From contig JBDHJS010000003.1 in assembly GCA_039586795.1 (NCBI GenBank), positions 128,001 to 192,000 on the forward strand: DNA of 64,000 bases, written 5' to 3'. This document shows positions 10,318 to 19,295 of this stretch, piece after piece. The stretch's first letter is position 1. Each line of letters begins with the position of its first letter. A program made the translations under genes and the position numbers. The DNA is from Gemmatimonadota bacterium. Its GTDB lineage: Bacteria > Gemmatimonadota > Gemmatimonadetes > Palauibacterales > KS3-K002. Below the pieces are notes generated by a model. That model made no database searches. It saw only the letters and a list, made by a program, of their open reading frames with translations, and was not told the DNA's origin.

Positions 10318-10334
10318 TTGGCCCAAGACTTGCC
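10318..10334 (+). promoter_or_regulatory. Candidate sigma-54 promoter upstream of the histidine kinase
   Basis: TTGGCCCAAGACTTGCC: TGGC...TTGC with exact GG-N10-GC spacing, in an intergenic region. Confidence 0.45.
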
Positions 10335-10486
10335 ATCCCTTACTTTGCCTGGCTGCTTTCTCCCGCTACATTGATCCTGCTATTCTGCAGAGCAGAGTAG
10401 TATGGATTACCGGAGTCGCGAAAACACCTCTCTGAACCTGTGATCCGTAGAGCTGCACTACCAGTGCAGCCAACGGAGAATCGTCG

Positions 10487-12133
10487 ATGTCTGTGTCGCC
10501 GCAAACACGTCCGAAGATCGACTATGAGGGTGCGGTTTACGCCCTCAAGGTCTCCGCCAAGCAAGTCGTAACAGACTGGCAGGGGGATGACGCTAAGGAA
10601 GCGTCGAAGGTTGTTGCCTGTTTGTGTCGAGCCGTCGCGCGGTACTTGAGCGGAAAGAAGCTTGCCATTGACCGCAGTATCGAGGCGGGATTTGGCATCC
10701 ACGTCCTCGGACTTCTGCGCGCAGAGTTGCTCCGGGTCTGGACGCGTAGTGAAGTCCTCCCAAGCGCGCGAACGATCGTCCAAACGCATCGCGCGCTTGA
10801 TGAGCTCGAAAACACTCTCAAACCCCGCCTGGCGGACGGTCTCGCTAATAGCTTTGCCGGACAGCAGAGTCTGAACCTTGTCGTCGAACTCGCCCACGAT
10901 CTTAGATCACCTCTGACATCCATCCTCTCTCTGGCTGAGATACTGCACTACGGTGACAGCGGGCCCGTTACGGAGCGCCAACGTCGCCAACTCAGCCTCA
11001 TTTACGAGAGCGCGCTTCAGCTGAGCGGCCTCGCCAGCAACGTGATCGAGATCGTTCGTGGTGGTAGCGACTTGTCAGATGACATGCTGTCGCCGTTCTC
11101 GGTGTCGGAAATCCTGCAGTCGGTGCAGGAGATAATCCGGCCGATCGCCGAGAAGAAGGAGCTGACGATCCGGCTCATCACTCCGCCCCGAGATCAAAGA
11201 TTTGGCTACCCACAGGCGTTGAGCCGCGTGCTCCTCAACCTGACGACCAATGCACTGAAGTTCACGGACAAAGGGTTCGTCGAGATCGCGGCGCGCGCTC
11301 GAGGTCTGACACAGATTGAGTTTTCTGTCCGCGACACTGGGGCTGGGATTCCGGAACAGTCGCTCGCAACGCTGTACGACCCGTTCCGCTCCGATCAATC
11401 GGAAGGAAACCTGCGTTTCTCCGGCTCCGGACTCGGTCTGGCGATTTGCCGGAAGCTGGTAGACGCGATGGGCTCCGAGCTCAAGGTCGTCAGTGGCGCC
11501 TGGGGTACGCAGTTCTCATTCTTGCTCGATCTTCCGTTATCGGAGATCACGCCGGAGGAGCGCCGCCAGTACAGAATGGAGCGCTTCAAACGTATCACGA
11601 AACCGAAGCGAGTCACGCGTGCCGCTCTGGCCGTCGCCGCCGCGGCAACGGTCATAATCGTCGCCGGCACGTTGATCAGTCGAGATCGACGAGCTGCAGA
11701 CGAGAACACGCCAGAGGTGGAACTCGCCAGCACACCCCAGGATCAGGGTGTCTTGGGACTGGAACCGTCGACCGTGGCACCTTCCACGGCGAGCCCGGCT
11801 CTCCCGGCGCCGGAGGAAGAAGCTCCGACGCCGGATCCGACCACAGCGGCGGTACCCGCGTCAAGCTCCGAGCAGCAGGCGCAACAGGACGCTCCCGTGA
11901 GAGACATCACGCCTCCTCCTCCGGGTCAACTCTCAATCAACTCGACTCCATGGGGCTTGCTGTTCGTCGATGGGGAATTGGTCGGCAACACGCCGAAGGC
12001 GAATGTCGTACTACCCGCAGGCACTCACATCATCCGCATCGTTCGCGAGGGGTTCGAGGATTACAGACGCGAGATCTACATCGAGTCAGGAGCAGCGCTC
12101 CGCATCACCGATATCACACTCGTGCGCCGCTAA
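10487..12133 (+). CDS. Histidine kinase (HisKA + HATPase) with C-terminal TM and PEGA domain
   Basis: H-box LAHDLRSPLTSI, N-box LLNLTTNALKFT, G1 VRDTGAGIP, F-box YDPF, G2 GSGLGLAIC; then a basic stretch, TM (ALAVAAAATVIIVAGTLI), Pro-rich linker and PEGA. Confidence 0.92.
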   Translation: MSVSPQTRPKIDYEGAVYALKVSAKQVVTDWQGDDAKEASKVVACLCRAVARYLSGKKLAIDRSIEAGFGIHVLGLLRAELLRVWTRSEVLPSARTIVQTHRALDELENTLKPRLADGLANSFAGQQSLNLVVELAHDLRSPLTSILSLAEILHYGDSGPVTERQRRQLSLIYESALQLSGLASNVIEIVRGGSDLSDDMLSPFSVSEILQSVQEIIRPIAEKKELTIRLITPPRDQRFGYPQALSRVLLNLTTNALKFTDKGFVEIAARARGLTQIEFSVRDTGAGIPEQSLATLYDPFRSDQSEGNLRFSGSGLGLAICRKLVDAMGSELKVVSGAWGTQFSFLLDLPLSEITPEERRQYRMERFKRITKPKRVTRAALAVAAAATVIIVAGTLISRDRRAADENTPEVELASTPQDQGVLGLEPSTVAPSTASPALPAPEEEAPTPDPTTAAVPASSSEQQAQQDAPVRDITPPPPGQLSINSTPWGLLFVDGELVGNTPKANVVLPAGTHIIRIVREGFEDYRREIYIESGAALRITDITLVRR

Positions 12134-12134
12134 C

Positions 12135-13193
12135 ATGAGACTCATTCGTCACCTTGCTCTCGCCCTAGTTCTGATCAGCTCCATTCCGATTGCTGCTAGC
12201 GCTCAGTCGGCGAGGCAGTTGCTGCAGGACGGAGTCTTTCGCTATCGCAACCTCGAGTACGATTCAGCGACGGTCCTGCTTGAACGCGCCCTGGATCTGT
12301 CCTTGCGTCCTCCGCTGGCGCTGGAAGATCGAGCCGACGCGCTAACGTTCCTGGCAGCCAGCCTGGTCTTCATGGGCCAGGCCGATTCGGCTGAAGTGGT
12401 CTTCACCACGCTGGTAAGACTCGATCCGCGCTACGAGCCCGACCAACTCGTTTTTCCTCCGGAAGTGACGAGCGTGTTCGAGTCGGCCCGGCGCGCAACG
12501 ATGGCCATCGCGATTGAGGCGCCGGAACGAACGCAGTTCTTGCTCGACCAGGGACAGTTTTCGGCCCGGCTGTTTGCCAGCTCCGTTCATGACATCTTGG
12601 CCGAGATCCGCACCGCGGACGGAGCACGTCGCCAGACGATCTACACAGGGCCGGTGCGTGACAGCTTGCAGCTCAGCTGGAATGGTCGTGACCCTGCAGG
12701 CGACGTTGCGCCGAGCGGGCTTTATATGCTGGAGGTGACCTCGCGGGACGCTCGGGGAATGGCTCTTCGCACGGTGACCATGCCGCTCGAGGTTAGCGTC
12801 TCGAGGGCCGATACACTTCCGTTGCCGACCACACCGCCAGACTCTCTCTTCCTACCCGAAGAGACAACCTCCGGCAGGGCTAGCGCCGAGGCCCTCGTCG
12901 GCGGCGTGATCGCGGGTGCGGCCGTTCTGCTGGTGCCGTTGGCGATTGCACCGAGGATTGATCTGAGTTCGGCACGTTATGTCATTGCGGGTGCCCTCGG
13001 CGCGATCGGCGTCGTTGGGACCCTGAAGTATCGGCCAGGAAGACCACTACCGGACAACGTCGAGTACAACGAGAATCTCCGCAGAGCGCTGCGCGCGCAA
13101 ACGGATTCAATACTAAGAGAAAACGCTGCTCTACGAGGCGAAGTGCGGTTCGTGATCACCGCTGGTGAGCCGACAAGCCTGGATCGGCGATAG
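12135..13193 (+). CDS. Exported TPR-like + FlgD Ig-like domain protein with C-terminal hydrophobic hairpin
   Basis: ATG 12135 lies just after the kinase stop. Signal peptide ending ASA-Q; TPR-like helices (YRNLEYDSATVLLERAL...ALTFLAASL...LVRLDPRY); FlgD-type LSWNGRD..G..APSGLYML; two hydrophobic segments near the C-terminus. Confidence 0.8.
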   Translation: MRLIRHLALALVLISSIPIAASAQSARQLLQDGVFRYRNLEYDSATVLLERALDLSLRPPLALEDRADALTFLAASLVFMGQADSAEVVFTTLVRLDPRYEPDQLVFPPEVTSVFESARRATMAIAIEAPERTQFLLDQGQFSARLFASSVHDILAEIRTADGARRQTIYTGPVRDSLQLSWNGRDPAGDVAPSGLYMLEVTSRDARGMALRTVTMPLEVSVSRADTLPLPTTPPDSLFLPEETTSGRASAEALVGGVIAGAAVLLVPLAIAPRIDLSSARYVIAGALGAIGVVGTLKYRPGRPLPDNVEYNENLRRALRAQTDSILRENAALRGEVRFVITAGEPTSLDRR

Positions 13194-13199
13194 GCGAGC

Positions 13200-13865
13200 A
13201 TGGTCCTGCAAACGAGACGCTTTCTGATCTGTTTGACGACATTGGCCGCCCTCGTGGCGTCTGGCGAGCTGTTCGCGCAGGTGCCGATGACCTCGTCTTA
13301 CGCCAGCCTCGGACCGTCATTCACCATTCTCGACATCGAACGACCCAGCCCCGCCGGGACCCTTCGGGTCAGCGGCGTCAGCATCGTGGGTGAGGCGGGT
13401 GTGGTGCTCTCGGTCTTCTCCGCCGACGCGCGCCTGGCGACCGGCAGTCTCGATTACGAGGATGCCGAGGGCTCGGCGACTCTTGCGGAAGCTGAGTTGA
13501 TGGTCGGCTTCCGCCCGCTGCGGTGGGTGGCACTGCAGGTAGGCCCCCACCTCAGAAAGCTAGACACAACGCAAAGCGAGAACTGGGTCTTCTGGGAGGC
13601 TCGAATCTGGTTTGGGGCAACGCTGCTGGAAAGGGTCGCCTACAGCTACATGAAGGGGTGGCTAATACTCTCTGCCAGCGAGCCGGAGAACACGACGTTC
13701 GATAACGGCTTCGGATTCGAGGGTGGCCTCCTCCTCAAGACCACAACGCTACCTGTCTGGGTGAAGACCGGTTACAGAATAGACCGGGTGACTTTCAACG
13801 AACTCAGCAGCGCCGACACGCCGCAGCAGCTGTTCCTACTCTTCGGCATCAACTTCAATATCTAG
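13200..13865 (+). CDS. Putative outer-membrane beta-barrel protein
   Basis: Signal peptide, alternating amphipathic strands, C-terminus LLFGINFNI resembling a beta-signal; 6 bp after the previous gene. Confidence 0.65.
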   Translation: MVLQTRRFLICLTTLAALVASGELFAQVPMTSSYASLGPSFTILDIERPSPAGTLRVSGVSIVGEAGVVLSVFSADARLATGSLDYEDAEGSATLAEAELMVGFRPLRWVALQVGPHLRKLDTTQSENWVFWEARIWFGATLLERVAYSYMKGWLILSASEPENTTFDNGFGFEGGLLLKTTTLPVWVKTGYRIDRVTFNELSSADTPQQLFLLFGINFNI

Positions 13866-14125
13866 CTCGGCCGGCCCGCAATGTTGCGGCGGCGGCGCTC
13901 GGACTCTAACTCCAACAGCGGTTCGCTTCCGGCGCTTAGACCGAATCGCGCCAGTTGTGACGCCTTCCGCAGTAGCGCACCTGCTGCTTCCGGCAAACGC
14001 GTTCCGCACCTCGGACAGATCGGTGACTTCCGCCCGTCGCTGCTGTCCGCTGGGAGCCGCTCCACCGCTACCTTTTCGGACAGCGCACCCTTACCCTGGC
14101 CGCATACAACGCAGTCGTCGCTCAC
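13862..14125 (-). CDS. Small putative zinc-ribbon protein (about 87 aa)
   Basis: CVVC...CPRC pairs; AAGGGGGG upstream of TTG/GTG (14128/14125); its stop overlaps the convergent gene's stop in CTAG. Confidence 0.5.
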   Translation of the reverse strand: MSDDCVVCGQGKGALSEKVAVERLPADSSDGRKSPICPRCGTRLPEAAGALLRKASQLARFGLSAGSEPLLELESERRRRNIAGRPS

Positions 14126-14658
14126 CAAAGAACCCCCCTTAACCGGCCCGGCACAGTACATCTCGCGGAAAATGCGCTCTGTTGATGCCCTGTCACGAAC
14201 ATGAAGAGACCCTTCGACCGAAAACTGGGATCGATTCTGTCCAGTACTTCATATGTTCGAGTGCACGCTTATGTGGAGTCCCACAAAGGAGATGCGGAGG
14301 CAAGAAAGGGACCAACGGACGATGGGTCACTCACGGATCGCCACAGTTGACGAATGGCGCTAAGTGCCGACGTGCCATACATATGTTCACCCTGGCAGAG
14401 GATATTCGGGTGATGCTTTAGCGCTACGGAACAGATGGATCCGGCTATCACGATCGCAACACTGGCCGTCCGTCGACCCGCACGCGGTTCTCACCCATCA
14501 GATGGACCCGCACAAGACGAATCTGGGTGCGGGTGCACGTGTTGCTTCCAAGCTACAGCCAGGCCTCGGGGGTAGCGCGGCCCGCGAGACAGATCGGTGA
14601 ATCGGGGCTAACCCGGCCAAGATCGCTGCTACTGCTTGATCTGTGGCCGCTTCTTGTA

Positions 14659-14675
14659 CCGGCACGCTCCCTGCT
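14659..14675 (+). promoter_or_regulatory. Candidate sigma-54 promoter for the TonB-dependent receptor
   Basis: CCGGCACGCTCCCTGCT matches GGCACG-N4-(T/C)TGCW, about 50 bp upstream of the start. Confidence 0.45.
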
Positions 14676-14726
14676 GTATGCTCATTTCGAACTTTCCGGC
14701 ATTACGTGTAGCAGAACTCAACCGGA

Positions 14727-17700
14727 GTGAGAACGCTGAACAAGGGCTACAGGTCTCACACGATCTCACCTCGTCGATCCTACCGCTGGCTGTTGAGCAT
14801 CGCCTTTTCTCTGTCCGTCTTCGTGTCGACGGCTGCTGCCCAGAGCATTTCCACCGGCACTGTGGCAGGCAGGGTGACGGACGCCAGCGGCAACCCTGTG
14901 GCCGGTGCACGGGTGAGAATCACAGAGGTCCGAACGGGAGTAGTTCAGTGGCATGACACTCGGGCGAGCGGGGCTTTCTTCATTGCGATGCTTCCGCCCG
15001 GCGAGTACGACGTGTTCGTTGAGGAGATCGGGTTGCAGCCGGAGGAGCTCCGGCGTGTTCCGGTCACACCGGGACAGACCATTGAGCTCGAAGTGACATT
15101 GCAGCCGGCGGTTCTGCCGGTGAACGATGTTGTCGAGAGCAGTTTCGCAGACCCGATTGAAGATTCCTGGGCGGGCGAATCACAGTACTACTCCTCTTTC
15201 GAGTTGCGCGAGCTTCCGAAGCAGCGACGCGAGTTCTCGGAGTTGGGCCGCTTTTCGAGCGTCTCAAACGCCAGGCTTGCTACTCAAGGGTTACCGGGCT
15301 GGCTGACGGGCTTGGCGGCCGACGGTATGCTCTACAGTCCCACTCGGCACCCGCACTTGCCCACCAGTTCCACTCGTACTGAGGTGCTTCCGCTCAGCAA
15401 CTTCGCGTCGGCGGAACTGCTGATGAATCCGATCGATGTGGAGTGGAGCGAGTTTGCTGGCGCTTACTTGACCGGCAGCACGTTGCGTGGATCCCGTGAG
15501 CCGGAGGTCCGGTTCTTCGGTGACTGGACCGGCGGCGTCATCACCCAGTCCGACAATTTTGACGGTCAAGATGTGGGTACGCACAGTTTCCGCGCGGGCG
15601 CCTCGGTAGCTGGGCCGATCCTGAAGGACACGGCGCACTACGCGATCGGTTTCGAGGCACAGCGACTGCAGACACCGCTACCACCTGCCTGGGCTATCGA
15701 CACGTTCGACGATCGGTTGATCGCGGTGGCCGATTCGTACGGCGTAAACCTAAGGCCCTACACACGGGCGCGGGTCGTTGAAGAAGAGCTGGGCACGGCT
15801 TACGGACGATTCGACTGGCAAATCACGGAGAACCACGCGTTGTCAGTTCGCGGCAACGTTTCGTCAGTGAAGATCGGCGGCAACCCGGACCTCGATCCCG
15901 GTCTGGGACCTGAGGAGATCGCCAGTATCGGCTCGGAGGTCGAAGGGATAGACCTATCGACTTCCGGAACTCTCTCTTCGCGTTTCAACAACATGTTCCG
16001 ACAAGAACTCCGTTTGGGAATCGATCGTACGGAGCGCGAGTACACTGGTACCGAAGTTCTTGGAACACGAATCGTCGAAGGCGGCCTGGCGTTCGGCACC
16101 GACCCAACGGTGCCCGGCAAGTTCGATCAACTCACGGCCCGGCTGTTCTGGACTCTACATGCGAAGGTCAGCAGGCATCGACTGAAGTTCGGCGCGGGAG
16201 CCACGTACCTATCCGCCGAGCAAAGGTATACATACGCGACGGGCGGAGAATTCGCATTCTCGGGAGTGGACGAGTTCTCGGCTGCCAGTGGTTCGTTCGC
16301 TAAAGCCGGCGGCACAGCACCTTTCGGCAAGTACGCTAACTGGCAGTTCGCGACGTACCTGCAAGACCTCTGGCAAGCGGCGCCGGGCCTCGACGTGCTT
16401 CTCGGCCTGCGTTGGGAATACGAGCGCATCGACATCGAGGCGATCAGGCAGAATGCGGACTGGCTGGATCGCACCGGCATAGATAACTCCCAAACAAATG
16501 AGAAGTACATCAACAAATGGAGCCCGCGGTTCGCCATGCGTTGGGATATCGGCAACCGCGGAATCTGGATCGTACGCGGCGGTTGGGGGCTCTACCACAA
16601 CCTGGTCGATCCCGGCGCCTTCGCCGAAGTGATCACTCAGGACGGCCGCCAGTTCGGCCGGCGCGGTCTGGGAGACCTGGGGTTCTGGCCCGAGGACCCG
16701 GGCCTTGGAGCCGCCCCTATCATCGGGCAGCAGCTGAGCATGCTGGGCCCCGAGTTTCAGGGTCCGCGCACGAGCCGAGTCAACCTGGGTCTCTCCCGGT
16801 TGTTTGACGACCGTACGGCTGTAATCCTGCATGGCGTCTACCGCTACACGGACCACCTGGTCCGCCGCAACGATCTGAACCTGGTGCAGTCTCCGACGAC
16901 CGTAGATCAATACGGGCGGCCGGTATACGGACAGCTCGTCCAGCAGGGCTCTCTACTCCAGGTCGAGCCCGGGACGAACCGTCGCTTTCAGGATTTCGCC
17001 GTCGTGTCGGCACTAAACGCCGACGGCGTCTCCAACTATTGGGCGGGCACGCTCGCCTTCGAGCGGCACCTCGGCGAACAGCTCGAGGCGATAGCCAGCT
17101 ACACGTTCTCGTGGACGGAAGACAACTGGCTCTCGGGCATGGGCGGAGGCCCGCCGGTGGAACTCACGCCGTTCCCCGACAGTCTGAACCGGCGCGATTG
17201 GACGAAGGGTACTTCCGACTTCGATCGACCGCACACTTTGGTTCTCGCCGCCCAGTACAAGTTTCCGCTGGGAGTGGCCACGTCACGCGTAGCCGCGTTC
17301 TACCGATTCAGCTCAGGCGTACCATTCACGCCCGGTTTCAGAGATGCTGTGGACGTCAACGGCGACGGCTCCGGACGCAACGACCCGGCATACATCGATG
17401 GCGCTCTGGATGGCATGCCGGGGCTGATATCGGCTTGGGGATGCTTATCCGAGCAGATCGGGCGTTATGCGTCACGCAATTCATGTCGCGGACCTAGCCT
17501 TCATCGACTCGACCTGCGATTGGCCGTCGGACTCTACACGGTCCACGGCCATCCTCTAGAGTTGGTTGTGGATGTTCTGAACGTGCTCGACGCCGAAACC
17601 AATGTTCTTGACAAGGCGCTATTACTGATCGACGGTGGCGGAACCGTGCAGACGAACCCAGACGGAACAATCACAATACCGTTCCAGGTCAACCCGAATT

Positions 17701-17768
17701 TCGGCAAGCCACTGATCTACAATCAGCAGGGCCGAGCACTCCGCTTCGGATTACGGATGGGAATCTGA
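14727..17768 (+). CDS. TonB-dependent receptor, Oar-like, with N-terminal carboxypeptidase-regulatory-like domain
   Basis: Signal peptide; GTVAGRVTDASGNPVAGARV..LPPGEYDV; barrel motifs YLQDLW, GLRWEYE, WSPRFAMRWD, SDFDRPH; C-terminal GRALRFGLRMGI. Confidence 0.9.
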   Translation: MRTLNKGYRSHTISPRRSYRWLLSIAFSLSVFVSTAAAQSISTGTVAGRVTDASGNPVAGARVRITEVRTGVVQWHDTRASGAFFIAMLPPGEYDVFVEEIGLQPEELRRVPVTPGQTIELEVTLQPAVLPVNDVVESSFADPIEDSWAGESQYYSSFELRELPKQRREFSELGRFSSVSNARLATQGLPGWLTGLAADGMLYSPTRHPHLPTSSTRTEVLPLSNFASAELLMNPIDVEWSEFAGAYLTGSTLRGSREPEVRFFGDWTGGVITQSDNFDGQDVGTHSFRAGASVAGPILKDTAHYAIGFEAQRLQTPLPPAWAIDTFDDRLIAVADSYGVNLRPYTRARVVEEELGTAYGRFDWQITENHALSVRGNVSSVKIGGNPDLDPGLGPEEIASIGSEVEGIDLSTSGTLSSRFNNMFRQELRLGIDRTEREYTGTEVLGTRIVEGGLAFGTDPTVPGKFDQLTARLFWTLHAKVSRHRLKFGAGATYLSAEQRYTYATGGEFAFSGVDEFSAASGSFAKAGGTAPFGKYANWQFATYLQDLWQAAPGLDVLLGLRWEYERIDIEAIRQNADWLDRTGIDNSQTNEKYINKWSPRFAMRWDIGNRGIWIVRGGWGLYHNLVDPGAFAEVITQDGRQFGRRGLGDLGFWPEDPGLGAAPIIGQQLSMLGPEFQGPRTSRVNLGLSRLFDDRTAVILHGVYRYTDHLVRRNDLNLVQSPTTVDQYGRPVYGQLVQQGSLLQVEPGTNRRFQDFAVVSALNADGVSNYWAGTLAFERHLGEQLEAIASYTFSWTEDNWLSGMGGGPPVELTPFPDSLNRRDWTKGTSDFDRPHTLVLAAQYKFPLGVATSRVAAFYRFSSGVPFTPGFRDAVDVNGDGSGRNDPAYIDGALDGMPGLISAWGCLSEQIGRYASRNSCRGPSLHRLDLRLAVGLYTVHGHPLELVVDVLNVLDAETNVLDKALLLIDGGGTVQTNPDGTITIPFQVNPNFGKPLIYNQQGRALRFGLRMGI

Positions 17769-17770
17769 TC

Positions 17771-18745
17771 ATGCGCGTACGCCCAACGCTGGCTCTAATA
17801 GCAACTCTAGCCGTGACATCGCTGGCCGGTTGTCTCGGTACCGGCGAGGACCGCGTCCTCAGCGTTACGTCGACGGGCACCGTTCAGGGTCTGGTGTACT
17901 TCGATACGAACGGGAGTGGCAGGTTCGATGAAGGCGACACCGGAATACCGGGCGTTCAAATCGGGCTCACCTCGCTCGGCTCGATCATCCCGATCTACAT
18001 CGCCACTTCTGACCTGGATGGACTCCTCGAGATCCGACGCGTTGACGTCGCTACCTACGAGGTAATCGTCGATACGACGATCGTCGGTGACAGCGCCCAG
18101 TTCGTAGGAGTCGACCCCGCAGCATTCACACTGACGCCCGACGATACGGCGGATATCACGATTGGTGTGAGTTACCCCAGCGTCACCGTCGAGGACAGCA
18201 AAGCGTTGCCCGTAGGCGAGACGGTCTTCGTTGAAGGCATCGCCCTCAACGACCGGCTCACATTCGGTGACAATACGGTCCACGTCAGCGGTAGAACCCT
18301 GGCAATCCGTACTACAAACGTGCGCACCGGTACCGTGCTGGTCGGGGACAGCATTCGCATCCTGGCGACGACGCGAACGGTACTGGGCCAACCGGTTCTC
18401 GACGCACAGTCCGTCTTCAACCTGGCCGTCACGAACCCGCCCGACGCGACTATTGCCACGGCTAGCGTCGCCTCAGCGGCCGACGGTGGACTATTGGACG
18501 CTGCCCTCGTCGAGGTCGACGCCGTGACGATCAACGACACCCTGACCACGGCAGAGGGTTTCCGCCTCACGGTCGGTGACCTGTCCGGCACGCTCCTCGT
18601 CCTTCTCGACAAGGATGCGCCGATCGCCAACCCGGAGCTGTTCGTGCCAGGAATGCTGATCGATGTGCTCGGTTTGCTCGTTCCTGACGGAACGGGGAGC
18701 TGGATCCTCAAGCCACGCACGAACCTCGACCTGACGATCCGGTAG
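17771..18745 (+). CDS. Lipoprotein with SdrD B-like domain and two OB-fold-like repeats
   Basis: Lipobox LAGC; GLVYFDTNGSGRFDEGD Ca-loop of the SdrD-B type; C-terminal WILKPRTNLDL; 2 bp after the receptor gene. Confidence 0.75.
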   Translation: MRVRPTLALIATLAVTSLAGCLGTGEDRVLSVTSTGTVQGLVYFDTNGSGRFDEGDTGIPGVQIGLTSLGSIIPIYIATSDLDGLLEIRRVDVATYEVIVDTTIVGDSAQFVGVDPAAFTLTPDDTADITIGVSYPSVTVEDSKALPVGETVFVEGIALNDRLTFGDNTVHVSGRTLAIRTTNVRTGTVLVGDSIRILATTRTVLGQPVLDAQSVFNLAVTNPPDATIATASVASAADGGLLDAALVEVDAVTINDTLTTAEGFRLTVGDLSGTLLVLLDKDAPIANPELFVPGMLIDVLGLLVPDGTGSWILKPRTNLDLTIR

Positions 18746-18762
18746 ATTTGCTCATTGGTGAA

Positions 18763-18795
18763 AGGGGCCTGGCCACGAACCGTGGTCAGGCCCCT
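18763..18795. terminator. Probable bidirectional intrinsic terminator
   Basis: AGGGGCCTGGCCACG-AAC-CGTGGTCAGGCCCCT hairpin between convergent genes. Confidence 0.75.
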
Positions 18796-18824
18796 CTTCT
18801 GTGTCTCAAGTACTACGGTCGTTC

Positions 18825-19295
18825 CTACTTGTAGCTCTTGCGCGCTTCTGCTCGTGCCATCTCGAGAGCCGTTCTTATCTCAGGATACTTGATCGACAGG
18901 ATGTGAGCAGCCAGGAACGCCGCATTCTTGGTCCCATCGACGGCGACCGTTGCTACGGGGATTCCGGGTGGCATCTGCACTGTCGACAACAGGGCATCCA
19001 TTCCACCCAGCGACCCTGAGGTGAGCGGCACGCCGATCACCGGCAACAACGTGTGAGCGGCCACCGTGCCGGCCAGGTGATTCGCCATGCCGGCACAGGC
19101 AATGAAGACCTCGATGCCAGCTTCCTCGGCCGAGCGAATGTAGTCGACGGTCATCTCGGGCGTTCGGTGAGCCGACAATACTCTTATCTCGCAGGGCACG
19201 CCGAGACCCTTCAAAGTGTCCTGCGCCTTCTCGACGACAGGTAGATCGTTGGGACTACCCGTCAGTATTCCAACCAGCGGCACGTTCTTCGTCAT
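18825..19295 (-). CDS. purE: N5-carboxyaminoimidazole ribonucleotide mutase
   Basis: [52 protein letters not shown]. Confidence 0.97.
   Translation of the reverse strand: MTKNVPLVGILTGSPNDLPVVEKAQDTLKGLGVPCEIRVLSAHRTPEMTVDYIRSAEEAGIEVFIACAGMANHLAGTVAAHTLLPVIGVPLTSGSLGGMDALLSTVQMPPGIPVATVAVDGTKNAAFLAAHILSIKYPEIRTALEMARAEARKSYK

Noticed and set aside
14182..14730. Short ORFs upstream of the TonB-dependent receptor
   Set aside because: No motifs, RBS or coding-like composition; more likely regulatory DNA.
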